Assembly: GCA_051453625.1 (NCBI GenBank)
Contig: JBOZIK010000001.1
Location: 32,822,226-32,886,225 of the forward strand
Source: Welwitschia mirabilis
Taxonomy: Eukaryota
Length of the DNA stretch: 64,000 bases
Direction of reading: 5' to 3'
The notes under the pieces are model-generated. The model was not told the DNA's origin, searched no databases, and worked only from the letters and a program-made list of their open reading frames with translations. Made by a program: the position numbers and the translations under genes. Shown piece by piece: positions 12,095 through 25,800 of the stretch (its first letter is position 1; every line of letters begins with the position of its first letter).

Positions 12095-15000
12095 TGATAT
12101 AAGAGAAAAACAATTCTTGGATTGCTAGCAGCTTATTGTAATGTTTTAAGATGTCCTTTTCTTGTCATTTCTTGAAGATGTTTTCTTGGAGATGGCTTGG
12201 GCTTGTGATTGCCTCAGTGTTTTTAGCCTTTTTATGTTGTGGATAGGGTTGTGTTAATATCCTTTACTTATGATAAGCTTGTTTCTTAGTTGTTAACTTT
12301 TTTTAATCTTTCAAAGGAGATGATTTAGTATTGTTTTGTTATTGGTTGTATGATGAAGTGTTTAAAACCTAGTTTTAGGACTTGCCTAGCTTGTTTGATT
12401 AAAATCCCTCTAAGAATCCTTTTGTAGGAATTCTATTGTAACGAGTTTAATACATTTTAGCCTATTTCTTCAGATGCAGCTGAGATGATTAAGCATAAGG
12501 AATATGTCAGTATTGTGCATTTTTTGTATAACCTCAAGAATGAATATGAACCTACAAGAGCTCAAATCCTGAGGGGTCCTTCTCTACCATCTCTTTAAAA
12601 GGCTTTTCCTAGATTGAAAAGGCTAAAAATTTTCTGGTCCATATAACCCTTAATTTGATAAAATGGCATTTTTTACGTTTTAGAGGAGGAGATGGTAGAG
12701 GCCATGGAGCATGTCCTAGAAGAATGGTGGGCAAGGCCTACAGAACAGCGGGGGTGGATACCCCACCGAACCCAATACGTATGCGAAATCCACATGGAAG
12801 AGAAGAAGGATGTGTAAACTTAGGGGAGGACTTGATATTAGAATTGATATTAGAACCCTTACCTAAGATAAATGTTAGTGCAAACATTATTGTAAAAAGG
12901 GCATATAGAAGAATATTATTATGATTTGTATGGATCTAATGCTACAACTTATGCCACTCAAGTTCATCTAGCACCTCAAAAGCCATCACGTAATTAATCT
13001 TCTAAAGAAGTAATAATATCAAATTAGGAATACTCAAAGCTTATTTCTTTATAGTTTTAGGCCTTATCCTCATCATCTTTCCTTAGATCCTAGCCTTGGA
13101 TTCTTGACTCAAGTGCTTCAAATCACACGATTTGGTCCTCGTCATAGCTTTCATATGTGCAAAAAACGTCTTCTAGAGTTACTTTAGCTAAAGATATCAT
13201 CTCTACTATAACTAGTAGTGGTAACATTAATCGTGATTCTCAATTGTCATTATCTTTAGTTTTACTGGTTCTAATATTTCTAGTGGATTTAATGTTAGAT
13301 AGCAAGTTGTGTAAGAATCTTGAATGTTTAGTAATCTTCATCTATCCCATTGTGTTGTATAGGATCTTAAAATGAGAAGATAAATTGATGAAGGACATAA
13401 GTCAGATGGTTTATGCTGCTTTGATCTTGATGATATAGCTCTAAGTACCTCATCCTCTTCTTTCCCTTCTCTACTTCATTATGATAAGGATCATCCTTTC
13501 TATTAACATTAAAATCTATGCTTCTCATCTATTCAGCTAATATCAGCAATAGAATGCAAATCATGTGAGTTTAATAACAATCATTATGTACCTTACTATT
13601 CTAAAGTAGAGAAATGTGTTAATGTCCCTTTGATCTTGTTCAATCTAATGTTTGGGATCTAGTCAAAATTTTCTCTAGAAAGGCATTCACATATTTTCTA
13701 CAATTCACTAATTATTTTTCCTAAACTGACATGGATCTTCTAATGAAAAATTGTTCTAGTTTATTTCATTTTTTTTAAATCCTCTTGTGTTGAAATTCAC
13801 ACTCAGTTTAATGTTAAAATCAAGACCTTACTATTACATAATTCCCTTGAATACTTTTCTTCCCACTTTACTTTATTCATGGAATCTCATAATCTATTCT
13901 CATGTGCTCACACACCACAATAGAATGCTATTCCTGAACATAAGAAACAACATCTTCCCAATGTTTATCATCTTTTTCTTTATGATATGAATGCCCTAAA
14001 ATCTCATTAGAGTAGTGCAGTTCTCACCACATGTTTTCTTATCAATCGATCACCCTCATCCATCCTCAATAATTAGACTCTATTCTCCATTTTATTCTCA
14101 TAATAGAATCCTTTACTTATACTCTAAAAACGTTTAGGTATATGTGTTTTGTGCATAATTTTTCTATGGACAATGACAAGTTATTTGCAAGGTCAATTAA
14201 GTGTGTATTTATTGCAAGGTCAATTAAGCGTGTATTTATTAGCTACTCTCACTTTCAAAAAGGTTATCGATGAATTGATCACTATATAAGACATTAATAT
14301 GTGTGTAAGTATGTTACCATTTTTTAGTCTAATCCCTCCTTTTCCCTTACATCTCTCACTTCTATTTATTAGTTGCACCTCTTGTTCCATCCATTCTTCT
14401 TCATCTTGTCCTTATACTTGTTTCTACCTCTATTAAACCACAGATTTATCCCATTAATCAAGTATATCATAGATGAACAAATCCATCTTCACCATCTACT
14501 TATTAACCTACAAGTCTAGAGAATCTTATGTTAGAAGATGTGGTTCTTTCTCACTTGAAATTTTAGATTTGGTTTTGCCTCTTGCGATTAGAAAGGGTGT
14601 TGGGCCTAGCACGTATCATCTTATTCAAAGACATGTTTTATATGCTCCCTTGGGTCACTTATTTAATTGTTTTATTACTTCCTTATCCTCTAAATCTATT
14701 CCTAGATCTATCTAGGAGGCATTATCAGATGGTGCATGGAGAATAGTCATGTAAAATGACATGTCTGCTCTTATTCAAAATAATACTTAGAATCTTGTTC
14801 CTCTTTCCCTAAGTAAATCTACTATTAATCATACATGGGTTTGATAACTAATTTTGGGTAGTCTCTCTTTTAGTTCGATGTTAAGAATGCCTTTCTTCAT
14901 GGTAAGTTAGATGAGGAAGATTACATGGAGCAACCATTAATATTTGTTGCTCAGCAGAGTGTTATATATGTGTGTAAAATAAAGAAGCTAATTTATGATT

Positions 15001-16077
15001 GGAGCAGTCTCCTAGAGCCTAGTTTAACAAATTTAGTAAAGTTGTGTTCCAATTCAATGGCATGAGGAGGTTTTAGATTGATGGTATAGTTTTCTACAGG
15101 TGTTCTATTTTGGTTGCATATGTAGATGATATTGTTGTGACAAGTGATGATGATGTAGGCATTTCAGGGTCAAAGATTTTTTTGTAACAACATTTCCGTG
15201 CTAAGGCTTTAGGACGTCTTAGATATTTTTGACGTCTTAAGGTAGCATATTCTTTAGAGGAAATCAACCTTTCATAGAGTAAGTATGTATTAGATTTACT
15301 ACATAAGATTAATATGCTTGGATGAAAACCTATTTATTCTTCTATTGATTCGAATGTTAACATTAAACAATGGGAAACTTCTTGAAGAACCTACTAGATA
15401 CAGACATATAATTGGAAAGTTAAATTACTTGATTGTGAATCATCCTAATATCTAGTTTGTAGCTTCTTGTATTAGTTAGTTTATGAACTAGCCTCAAGTT
15501 CCATATTACGATGTTATGACTAACGTCTTGAGATACTTGAATAATGCTTCAAATAGAGGTTTGCTATCTTAGAGACATGATCATAAAAATGTTGTGGCCT
15601 ACTTTGATTTTGATTATATAGGTTTTGTTTTGAATAGGTAGTCTACTGCTAGGTATGATACTTTTGTAGGTGATAATCTTGTACTTTAGAAAAGAAATGC
15701 GTAATTGGTTTGTGCAAAATCAAATGTAAAGGAAATGTATTATGGAATGGCACAAACAACTTGTGAACTGATGTGGTTAAAACATTTTTTGCAAGAGTTA
15801 AAGTTCTTTTTATCTCAACTTATGAGGTTGTATTGTGATAACGGGGTTGTAATTCACATTGCCCTTAATCTAGTTTTTCATGAGTGCATCAAGCATATAA
15901 AAGTCAATTATCATTTTCTTACGGAGAAGCTACAGAATGGGGATATTTGTACTCCTTATGTTTCTACTAATCTTTAGCTTGCTGATCTCTTCACCAAGGC
16001 TCTTGGTTCTAGTTGCATGAAGTTTCTTTGTGACAAACATGGATTATATTATATCTATACTCCAACTTGAGGGAAAG

Positions 16078-16345
16078 TATTAGAGATCATTTTATTGGAT
16101 TGTGTGTTTATGTACATTTATATTATATGTTAGAGGGATCAATGTTATAAAGTAATGTTGTATTATAAAGTNNNNNAGTCAAGTCTCATCAAACCCTAAC
16201 ATCTAGAGTTTAGGAGCTCATGTAACCTAATTGATTAATATAAAAGGGGAACTAGCCCCTCAATTGAGTGTGTGATAAATTTCACATACTAAAGGGTTTC
16301 CAAAAGCCTTTTTTGTGTTTTCTATGGCTACATACATTTTTATTA
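16078..16345 (+). repeat. Copia 3' LTR
   Basis: Begins TATTAG (mutated TGTTAG) immediately after the PPT; homologous to the 5' LTR. Confidence 0.85.
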
Positions 16346-16430
16346 ATACTTATAATGCTAAATAAACCTATGTTTGCAATGGGAATTGTAGTAGTAAAAT
16401 AGTATGACTCTTTATCATAATCTACACCTT

Positions 16431-16630
16431 ACCAATGTGGTTGTATTTCAACTAGTGGGACACTTATCTTCCATATAGGAGGTCATGGGTTTAAACCTTT
16501 AAATGTCCTACTCCACATACTGTAAGGCCTTGGGTGTAATCCAATTATTAACTTGAGCAATCATGGTGGTTGTATTTCAAAGAGGTAGATATGGTCATTA
16601 AATGTTTTAAGCTAAACATCCTTCCATAAC
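16431..16630 (+). mobile_element. tRNA-derived SINE copy D
   Basis: ACCAATGTGG...ACTAGTGGGACACTTATCTTCCATATAGGAGGTCATGGGTTTAAACC...TAAGGCCTT...ATCATGGTGGTTGTATTTC...AACATCCTTCC. Confidence 0.75.
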
Positions 16631-16699
16631 TTTTAGCCCTAACTTTTTTGGAAATAAAATTTTTGTTTCCCTTCTAGGCTAGAGTAAGATTTTTATAAG

Positions 16700-19250
16700 T
16701 CTCTTCAAAAAACTATCTTCTAAATGTGATTAACATCACATTCTAAATTTTTGATAATAGTATTTCATCTTTCTTGTTATTTTTTTTCTTCATGAAACCA
16801 ATTATTGTTTTAGGTACCCTCCAAAATAACATTTAAAATTTTGCGCCTTTAAAAATTTTATCTTTTGAATACAAGCACTAAATTAACACATACACTTTAA
16901 CCTCCAAATGTAACATACCATGCTGAAGTAGTATAATATAATATAATATGAATCTGAATTTTAACTCAAAATTCTATTGAAAGAAATTATTTCTAAACTC
17001 TTTCAATTTATTTTCATGGTTTCAATAATAATTCTAGCCCACGTATGAGAAAACCATGAAGAATTACAACAGTTCTCTTACAAAGTTGTGTTTAGACATT
17101 CCAAGTCTAGATACCTAATCTGTTTAATTTCTTTCTTGGAGAATAAAGTAACTTTATACTACCTGAGATTATTTCATGCATACTTATCCCATTTGTAGTT
17201 GTTACAGCATTGAAATCCAAAATATTTTTGTGAGGAAAACTATTTTACTTGTCTATTTCTCAGCTGATATTTATAGTTTGTTTTCTTGTTGGCATAAGAC
17301 ATGATCTTAGTTTTGTCAATAGTAATCTTCACTCCTAATAAGCTACAAAGCTCTCACATTTAAAGCATCTATTGCATTCCTTTCTTGACGGTGGTAAGTA
17401 AAGTAACATCATCAAAAAAAATCAGATGAATTAATAAATCACCTACCTTAACATAATGCTTCTATGACACTATATGCATCTATTCCTGCAAGTTAGTAAT
17501 GAAAATTCCAAATAAAGTTGGACAAAGAGGGCATCTTTGTTTTACCTTTATTTTTCTCACAAGCTTAAAAGAATTCTTGGAACTATGATCAAAAGATCTA
17601 GTAATTACTTTCTCATATAATTTTTGAAGAAAGAGATTGGTAAACACAAAAATGCTTTTAGAGATTCCTTCTACATATAGAATTGTAAGTTTTAGAGAAA
17701 CCAACAAAGCAAATAAAAATCTTTCTCCAAATCCTCTTGTGAACTCCACATAATAACCAAGAGTAATGAAATGATCAACAATGGAATGATTTTCTCAAAA
17801 ACTAGCTTGAAATGTTGCTCTTAATTTATTCTTCTCTAATCAGTATCCAACTCTCTTTTCCAAAATAGTTTCCAATTTTTATAATTATTTAAATTAGGTC
17901 TACTAACATTTTTGAAAAAGAACTATAGCTAAATTAGGGTTCTATCTCCTATTCAATCCTTCTCATTCATCTTTTACCAAATAACTTTGTATGGGCAAAA
18001 TCCTTTCCCTTTAGCCAACTTTATGTAGAGACTAGAGGTAACTATTTATTTATTAATAATCAATCTCTGAGTACCCTCTATTACTTCTTTAATAGGTAAT
18101 TTTATGTTGGCATAAGAAAAAGGAATCAAAATCTCCATTATCTTTAATAATTGAAGAGTTTTTGAAAGGGGGTTCAATTTCAATTAATGAAAAGTAAGCT
18201 CCTTTGGTTTTTTGTTGTAAACCAGATGCCCAAAATTTGCAGGATCTCTTTTTGAAGAAAATGATTTTCTTGCTTTTTTAAAAATCTCTCTTATTACAAA
18301 TTATACTTTTGTGAGCTTTTATTGTTGCACTCTTTTAATTTGGAGTTGGACTTTTGACTACTAATTTGACATCCTTACATTCATTATCAAACCATTATTT
18401 TTTTGCCTATTTATTTTATCCTTGTACATTTTTTTGCCTTCATCTAGGAAAAGTTGAGAAAACTAGTACATTTTTGTTTTTATTCCTAACGCAATTTAAT
18501 GAAATCCTATCTCACCATTTTTGTTTATGTAATCATGTGAATGTGGCACCTTACATGTTTAGTCCACAAGCTAGTAATCTCAAATCTCCACAACTTGTTG
18601 ATATGCTTTTCTTTATCTTGGTTACGATTAGGTAATGTTTGTGCTATTTGAATATGCATAAAATGATTTTAACCATAACACAGAATTACATATCACATCA
18701 AAAATGTTTTTTTTCAATTTTTTCGTCAACTATACCTATAATGAACTCCTTTTAATAAAAGATGACAAGGAAATAAAGGCTTTGATCTTAGTTAAGCATT
18801 GATATCATGTTTTGCCATAAAAGATTTGGTTATCTAAACCATGATTCACTCCAATGTACGAGTAATTAACGTAAGGTACAAGTTTGTCATTACCATAAAA
18901 TCCTTAGAATATACAGAGTTATGTTGACCAATGGATAAACCAATAATTAGAGGGAAGCAATGCGTGTTTAGACAATTGATGATTTCTCTAGATTTGTAGA
19001 GGTGTCCTACTTGCAATGAAAGTTTTAGACAATTAAATAATGAGCATTCATTATGGAGTCCAAATTTAATGTTAAATGGATTTGTTCAAATAAGAATGAA
19101 GATTTTAACTCTAGGGAATACTCATAAAGAGATTACACAATCCAACAAAGTGATTGGTAAAATGGAAATTCATACTTTATATGGAATAAAAAGATGTTTG
19201 TTTTAAGTACCTAAAATTCTTAATGCAGATTGGAAAAAAACATTGTTCAT
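16700..19250 (-). mobile_element. Degenerate non-LTR retrotransposon, RTE/RTEX-like
   Basis: Minus strand: KNKLRATFQASF..NHSIVDHFITL, then KVKQRCPLCPTLFGIFITNL (GVKQGCPLSPTLFG motif), IFFDDVTLL and DKTKIMS. The motif style differs from the L1s in this window. Boundaries are approximate. Confidence 0.7.
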
Positions 19251-20094
19251 ACTAAATTATATTTTTCAATTGCTCTTCTATAGGTAAAAGTAGAATCCTA
19301 CATATCATGTACATCCTTTGTCCCTTTAGCATCTACTTGTTCTTAGATGTGCTCATTGGGTCATCGTTTTACCACACAAAGAAAGAAAGAAAGAAAGATC
19401 ATAGAGAAAGAAATTCAGAAAAACAAGGGGAAAAGGAAAAAAAAGATAAACTAACACACAAGCCAATTAATGGTATCTTTCTAGTTTAACCTTCAAATTC
19501 TAATGGTTTTGAATTTTTAAATCACTCTACAAATATTTAATGAATTAGTTTAAATGTTGTTTTTGAGAAGATATCTTTTTGTACGTAATGGAAAAGTAAA
19601 ATGGAGTTCAAAGATGATTTTTTAAATCAACAAGATAATCTTAAAAACAAATTAGTTAAAAATAAACAAGATTCAAATTTAAGCCCATTCTATTAATCCA
19701 ATTTTCACACCTGGCTCTTCGACTCATCGTTCTGTGAAACCTACACGTGCATGACCCATTACATTAATAAATTTTGTCCCTAATTTTTTAAAAAAGATTA
19801 CAACACATAAGAGAAATAATTGTTATCACTACACAACATAAATCATTGTTTACCATCGAATATAGATTTTCATTTATAGTACTTGGGAATTCATTTTTAT
19901 TTTGCTTAACACAAATATTATTTATTGATTTAGTTAATAAACTCAAAATACTAATTTATTTCATTTCTCATGTTTGATTTCACCTTGTCTTCAATAGTAA
20001 GAGTAGCAAATTATAGCAATCCTTCTTTGGTACATCATTCTATATTACTATTACTTAAACAGTGTTGAAAAGACTATTATTTTTCTAACAAAAT

Positions 20095-20250
20095 TATGGG
20101 GAGACATGAAACTTTTAATGATCATACCTCCCTTGTTGAAAATACTACACCATTTATTGTAAATGTCAATACAAACATATATTCATAGTAAACTTAATAT
20201 CAAATAAGGTCATTAAAAGTTTTAAGGTTTGGAACTACCCCTCACAAAGT
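20095..20250. mobile_element. Rearranged fragments of the SINE 3' half
   Basis: Reverse complement of 20095-20160 (AAGGGAGGTATGATCATTAAAAGTTT) and plus strand ~20205-20240 (GGTCATTAAAAGTTTTAAG) both match the SINE tail. Confidence 0.4.
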
Positions 20251-21262
20251 TACTAGTAAATAAGAAATACACCAATGCATTAAAAACTTTAATAAGTTCA
20301 ATCACTACATTGGATGTGAAACATTAATAAAATAACTTTTGAAGTGGAGATTTAATTTATTTAAAAATTAAAAGTAGTTTGAAAATATAAAATAATTGAC
20401 ATCTTTTCAACAAAAGCATAACCCAACTCCAAATTTGTGCTGAAAAATAAAATGGAGAAAAAATCCAACACCTTTATGTTAACAAGAATAACCTGTCATC
20501 CAAAAATCAAAAACAAAAACATGTGACTTAAAAAAAAAATTTTAGCAATCATAAGCACTTTCATACTTTATTGTCCATCATTGTTCATCTTTCTCAATAA
20601 GAGTATCGTTCTATAAAGTTGATAGGCAAGGCCAAAAATACCAAACAATTTTGTATCAACGTTCCCTATCCTTGGTTTGAATCCATCCAAACAATTTGTA
20701 CAGCAAATGACAATTCATGATACATCCATCCACATGATGTTCATTCAACTGAAAAACAGATTTTGTACTTTGAATTATTTTTCTTCAGACACCTTCATCT
20801 CTAAATAAGAGCAAAATCCTAATAACATCAACAGAATGCAACAAGCCATCAAGTAACTCGTTCTTGCTGCATCCAAAATAATAGGGTAAAAACACTATGA
20901 TTCAACCCCACGATCCTAGTCTTTTTGTTTTACAATGCTACTTGTCTAAATTAATACCACCACTAGAGTGAGGAAATATATTTAGTAACAACATATGTTT
21001 GTTTGTATCAATATCGGTAATTGAAATTGCCAACGTATTCTCCTTGTGATTCCATTGTAATGGCCTTGAAGACCATCCGTGTGGGCTTCCACGTTTGTGT
21101 TAATTGTCATCTCATAGTATTCATTAATGATCATTAATCAATATCCTTCACACAACTCCTAGAATCTAACTTCTGTAGGGACTTTTGGGTCCTCGCCCAT
21201 AACTTCCACTCGGTCTCCCCTCTTCCCAACCAATCCCTAAGGGTTTTTGTTGGCTCTGCATC

Positions 21263-22606
21263 CTGTAAGAATAAAGAATTGAACACTTAACAGAAATTGC
21301 AAAACTAAAATCCGGCATTGCCTACATTGCATAGCATTGCGATATAGTAAACAGGATTTTGTTGTGTCCTCTCAAGAAAAGCAAAAAGGATATGACATTT
21401 CTGATTCATAAGGTACATCATATTGACAATTAAAGACGTTCTTACTCATTGGAGGATGAAATCCAAATTTTCGTTACTATCGTGAAAAGCTAAAGGTCAA
21501 CAGAAATAAAGAAACAAAAGATTTTGATCAACCCCTTTGGAATATTTGAAGACTAGAAATATTGGGATGTATGAAATCAGATGTCCAGAGCCACCAGGAA
21601 AAACAAAACATCCATTCATTAAGCATTTTAAGAGAGAAATGGGTCACTCAAATGCTGCCATCATTTTGAAGTAAACTGAATGTTATTCAGGTGGTAAAAT
21701 GACCTCGTTTCAACATCAATATTCAGCATTTGCTCATTATAATTAACTAAAAGATTGGGGCATTGGGCACCTGAAGGTGCAGACATACAGAACTTAGATG
21801 TAACACTGGAAGACAAATATTTAAACAATTCAATTCTAAAATCCATCAGCTGAGGTCCAGTGATATGTGGTCAGGCCAATGCACTCCGAACCATTATGGT
21901 ATCACAATTAGGATTTGCACAGTTATTCTACAGTCGAAAAATAGCCTTTTATTCCCCAAAAACAATCCATCAGGGAGCTTGATCTTTACAATATCTATGA
22001 ACACAAAACTCAATATGATGACAAGCCAATGTACCTCTATCTAATCCATTGACGCATGTGTGTGTCTATCTAGTCCATTTACACATGTATGTGATAATAA
22101 GGAATGAATCCAAGGGAAAGTACTTCATGCAGACTAATATTATAGCTTATACTATATCTGATAGCAGCAGTGCCATGTAGACTATAACTTTCATTTCACA
22201 TTTATCATAGAAATTCTCTGCTCCATGAAATGGCATAAAAGTCTCCAAACCAGATAAGCATAGAACAGAAAAAATACATGACCATGTTTCCTGAAAACCT
22301 TGCAACATGTAAACATTCATGAAACTGATTCTCGCTTAGAAGTTGGGTTATTAATCACTTCCTTTCATATTCAGGTGATCAGAAGCTAAATATAATTGAA
22401 AATTATGACAACAAAGAGTGGAATTTGAGTGAGATTTGTATAATACAGCTATAACTTAGTGTCATCCAACAGAATATATCTGTAGCTCCTTTTCACATAT
22501 GATCTTCGAGGAACCAAAAAGTGTAACAAACAATTCACCCCATTAAGATGTTACCAAACCACGTCACCTTAGTGAACACAAGAGATCGCTAAATTCAACA
22601 ACTTAC
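21263..22606 (-). other. Putative 3'UTR intron of VAMP72 (1344 nt)
   Basis: Consensus donor TTG|GTAAGT 44 nt after the stop codon. Acceptor TTCTTTATTCTTACAG|G at 21263/21262 is followed by a GC-richer exon-like block. The pairing of these two sites is inferred. Confidence 0.55.
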
Positions 22607-22650
22607 CAATCAATAGTTGACAAAAAGTAACAAACATGTGCTCAAGCATC

Positions 22651-22800
22651 TTATTTTCCACACTGAAAACCACCACAAACTGAAAGAACAATGATAAGAA
22701 TCAAAGCCACCAAAATGCCTAGTACAATCAATTTTACTTTCATGTTTTGAAACCACATCTTCCTGCGCAACTGAGTGCCTTGCTTTTGGAAGTCCTGGGC
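22651..22800 (-). CDS. VAMP721: VAMP72 exon 5 (TMD and stop)
   Basis: [55 protein letters not shown]. Confidence 0.95.
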   Translation of the reverse strand, partial: AQDFQKQGTQLRRKMWFQNMKVKLIVLGILVALILIIVLSVCGGFQCGK

Positions 22801-25800
22801 CTAAAACAAATATTTAAAATGATACACTTTCAACATCAGCCCATGTGCTCAATAGAATCTGACGAATTCAGAGGTAAAAGGTTCAATGCTTTGACAAACT
22901 TGGGAAAAGTTTAAAATGTCATGAAATCCACGACTCACCTGGAAACGAAGATTCTCTGACTTGTCAACCAATAGTTCAATTTTCTCACCACGGTCAAGAA
23001 CCTGAATAGGTACAATCAGTGGTTTGGGGTGCACATTTTTCACAGAAACAATAAGTGTGACCATATTTTCACATGAAAGAACAGATAAATTCAATAATTC
23101 CTCATGAAAATACAATTGCAGTCCTTTTTCTTAAAAACTGACTCTAGCAAATTTGATTGTTATTGTCAATATAACATGAAAATACAGCAATAAATGCAAG
23201 CTTGTAAAATTGTGAGAAATTTAAAGTTGCATGCTTATTATTGTCAATTTAGAAAAGAAAACTAAAAATTCCACAATTCTTTATGCCAGCCTACTCATTT
23301 CTAATTTACCTTTTCAATGTTTTCCATCATAACACCTTTAACTTCAGAGACTTGAGCTTTTACTTTGGAAAGTTTGCTAATCTCTTCTGGGTGATCAACA
23401 CAATATTGCATGTGCTCCTTCAGCTTTGAACTATTAACAAAGTAAGGTTTAGTGCCTCTTTCATCTGCCAAATTTAATCAGTGTAACAGAACAAAAAGCA
23501 ACTATAAATGCTCACCCAAACTCTCTATTCAAACCATGAGCAACTGCAGTATCTGCCTTCCCCCCACCATATCTTCTTTTGAAATCTTCTTTGACACGCT
23601 CCAAAAATGCCATAGGTATTTGTCTCCCAATAGACTCCTCAGCAACAACACAGTACACTAAAAAGGGCGAGAAAAATGAAAGAGTCAAATGTAAAGGCAG
23701 TGATAATAGAACACAGAAAACACAGTCAACCTACAAATTACCGATGAGGTTAATCAGAAGAATCCCAAGGAATGCAATGTGTGTAAAAAAATAAATAATT
23801 CAAACAGATGAAAAGGACTTCCACAGGCAATAGAGCCTACAACTGTTGTTCTCTTAACTGGCATGATTCTTATTAATTCAAGCTATGTCAACAAAAGGTT
23901 GATGAAACAAAGAGAACATTTCAATAACAATTGCATGCATTCATGACTAACTGTATAGAGATTCTAGTTATTACAAATAAACCTGAAGTTTAACATATCA
24001 CATGACTTGTACATGCATTTAGTAATACAAACAATCACCTGGGTTACACAGTGCAAGATATCCATTTGTTAAAAAAGGTGAATGGCAAGAAACGTTAGAA
24101 ACCCAACAATATATAAACAAATTGCTTTGATGCTATAAATTGTCTGAAACTTTTTTTAAATATTAAATACGTTAAATGTGCCATAGATTCTAAACCATTG
24201 AAACATAGGGAACATTTTCCAGTGGTCATACACATTTTTAGAAAACACAGAAAGAGATGCACTGGACATGTACATTACATGGTATACATGCTAAGTTACT
24301 AAGTTTATAAATTTCATTATCTAGTTAACACTTTTCACCTCTGTGATACTATGTGAAGGTTACATAATTTACATCCCTAATCTAATGTCTTTGGGCTTGC
24401 CATATCTCAAAAAAGCATCATTAAAACCAGTGAGCCTTCAGCATGTTCCCGAATGCACCAGTGAAAAGTTCAAATCTCTTGATCTCAAATTCAAGTTGTT
24501 TTGAGTTGATCTGCTCCCTGAACAAAAGGATGGACCATAATATGCAATAGACAGATAATAAAGCAAATATTTATGTCTCCTTAGCAATGCAATCGCATGA
24601 TAGACGTTGGAAAAGACATGACTTTTAATTTAGGATGAGTAAGATGGTTATTTTATAAATATAATTATTTACAAGGTATGTCCCATTGGTGATATTGCAA
24701 AGTCAATTTTTTTATGATCTTGTACCATGTTGAGAATCACATTCAAGTTAGCATCATACAGGACACTAACTGTAAATCATGCTACATGCAAATCCCAATG
24801 TCAGATCCATGTGATGGAATGCAGCCCTGCTGATAACATGGAGCAACACCTCACACAGGAACAACCATCATCATCACTGTGTTATTGTCATGTTAAAATT
24901 TGCCTGATGAGATGTTGCTATATGCCGCAATAACACATAAAAATAAATTGTGTAACAATGATCATATGTGTACTGTATCTTGTTGTAGGACATATCCAAG
25001 TATTAAGATCATCATTTTGTCATTACTGCTGCATTGTTAGTTCTCTTGCAAGGTATTGATATATGCTGTAGTAGTACATATCAAAATAGACTTCTTATAA
25101 GGGACTTTTGGAGCAATCCAATCCCATGTATTAATTTTCACTGGAATGGAATTGAAAGGATGCTATAATTGTAATGACTTGTTGTCTTATTCTCCTTAGC
25201 CAACATTTTCCAACAACTGAGTGACAATGTCAAATGTTGATGAAGATGAACTTCCCCTAAGCATACAAGGCTCAACACACAGAATAACTATTAATGGAAT
25301 AGTTCTTGTCTCTTGCCTGTAAAGCCAAATAAACATATTTTAGATTACTTCCCATGTAGCTCAGATGTAATCCTGCCTGGCAAACTTTTAACAAAATAGA
25401 CAATCCTATAGTAGGAGAGATTTTGGCTATCCCCGTTTAAGGAGGTATGTATATCATCTCTTTAGTCTTGGAAATAACTAGAAAAATCTACAAATGAACA
25501 AGATTTGGATGTTCTCTATATGACATGGGTGCAAAAATGATGAAACTAGTATTCTAACTAGTACCCTTGTTTGTAGAGGAGTAATGAAGTTTACTTATAG
25601 AGCTCTTCACCCAATAGTCGTATCATGTAAACCGAACTCTTGAAGCCTTCACTGCACAAAGGTTGCTAGCCCTACTAGCCCTCCCTATTGAAACCTTGAA
25701 CAAAACATGAACTATGGAATCCAAAGCTTGATGGTTCACAACTTCACATGCACATCCACAAACAACAACTAAAAGCAGGATTGAAATTGGTAGCATTGAA

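Larger units (their letters stand above)
11867..16345 (+). mobile_element. Old near-full-length Ty1/Copia LTR retrotransposon, pseudogenised
   Basis: Gag FLYNLKNEYEPTRAQILRGPSLPSL (~12520); protease WILDSSASNH (~13098); integrase (~13630); RT FDVKNAFLHGKLDEEDYMEQP and LVAYVDDIVVT; RNase H ...KHIKVNYHFLTEK. Degenerate PBS TGATATAAGAG at 12095, PPT GAGGGAAAG at 16069-16077, and two related LTRs. Confidence 0.92.

Noticed and set aside
23516..23657. VAMP727-type acidic longin insertion
   Set aside because: [22 protein letters not shown] is contiguous, with no insertion and no intron at that position.
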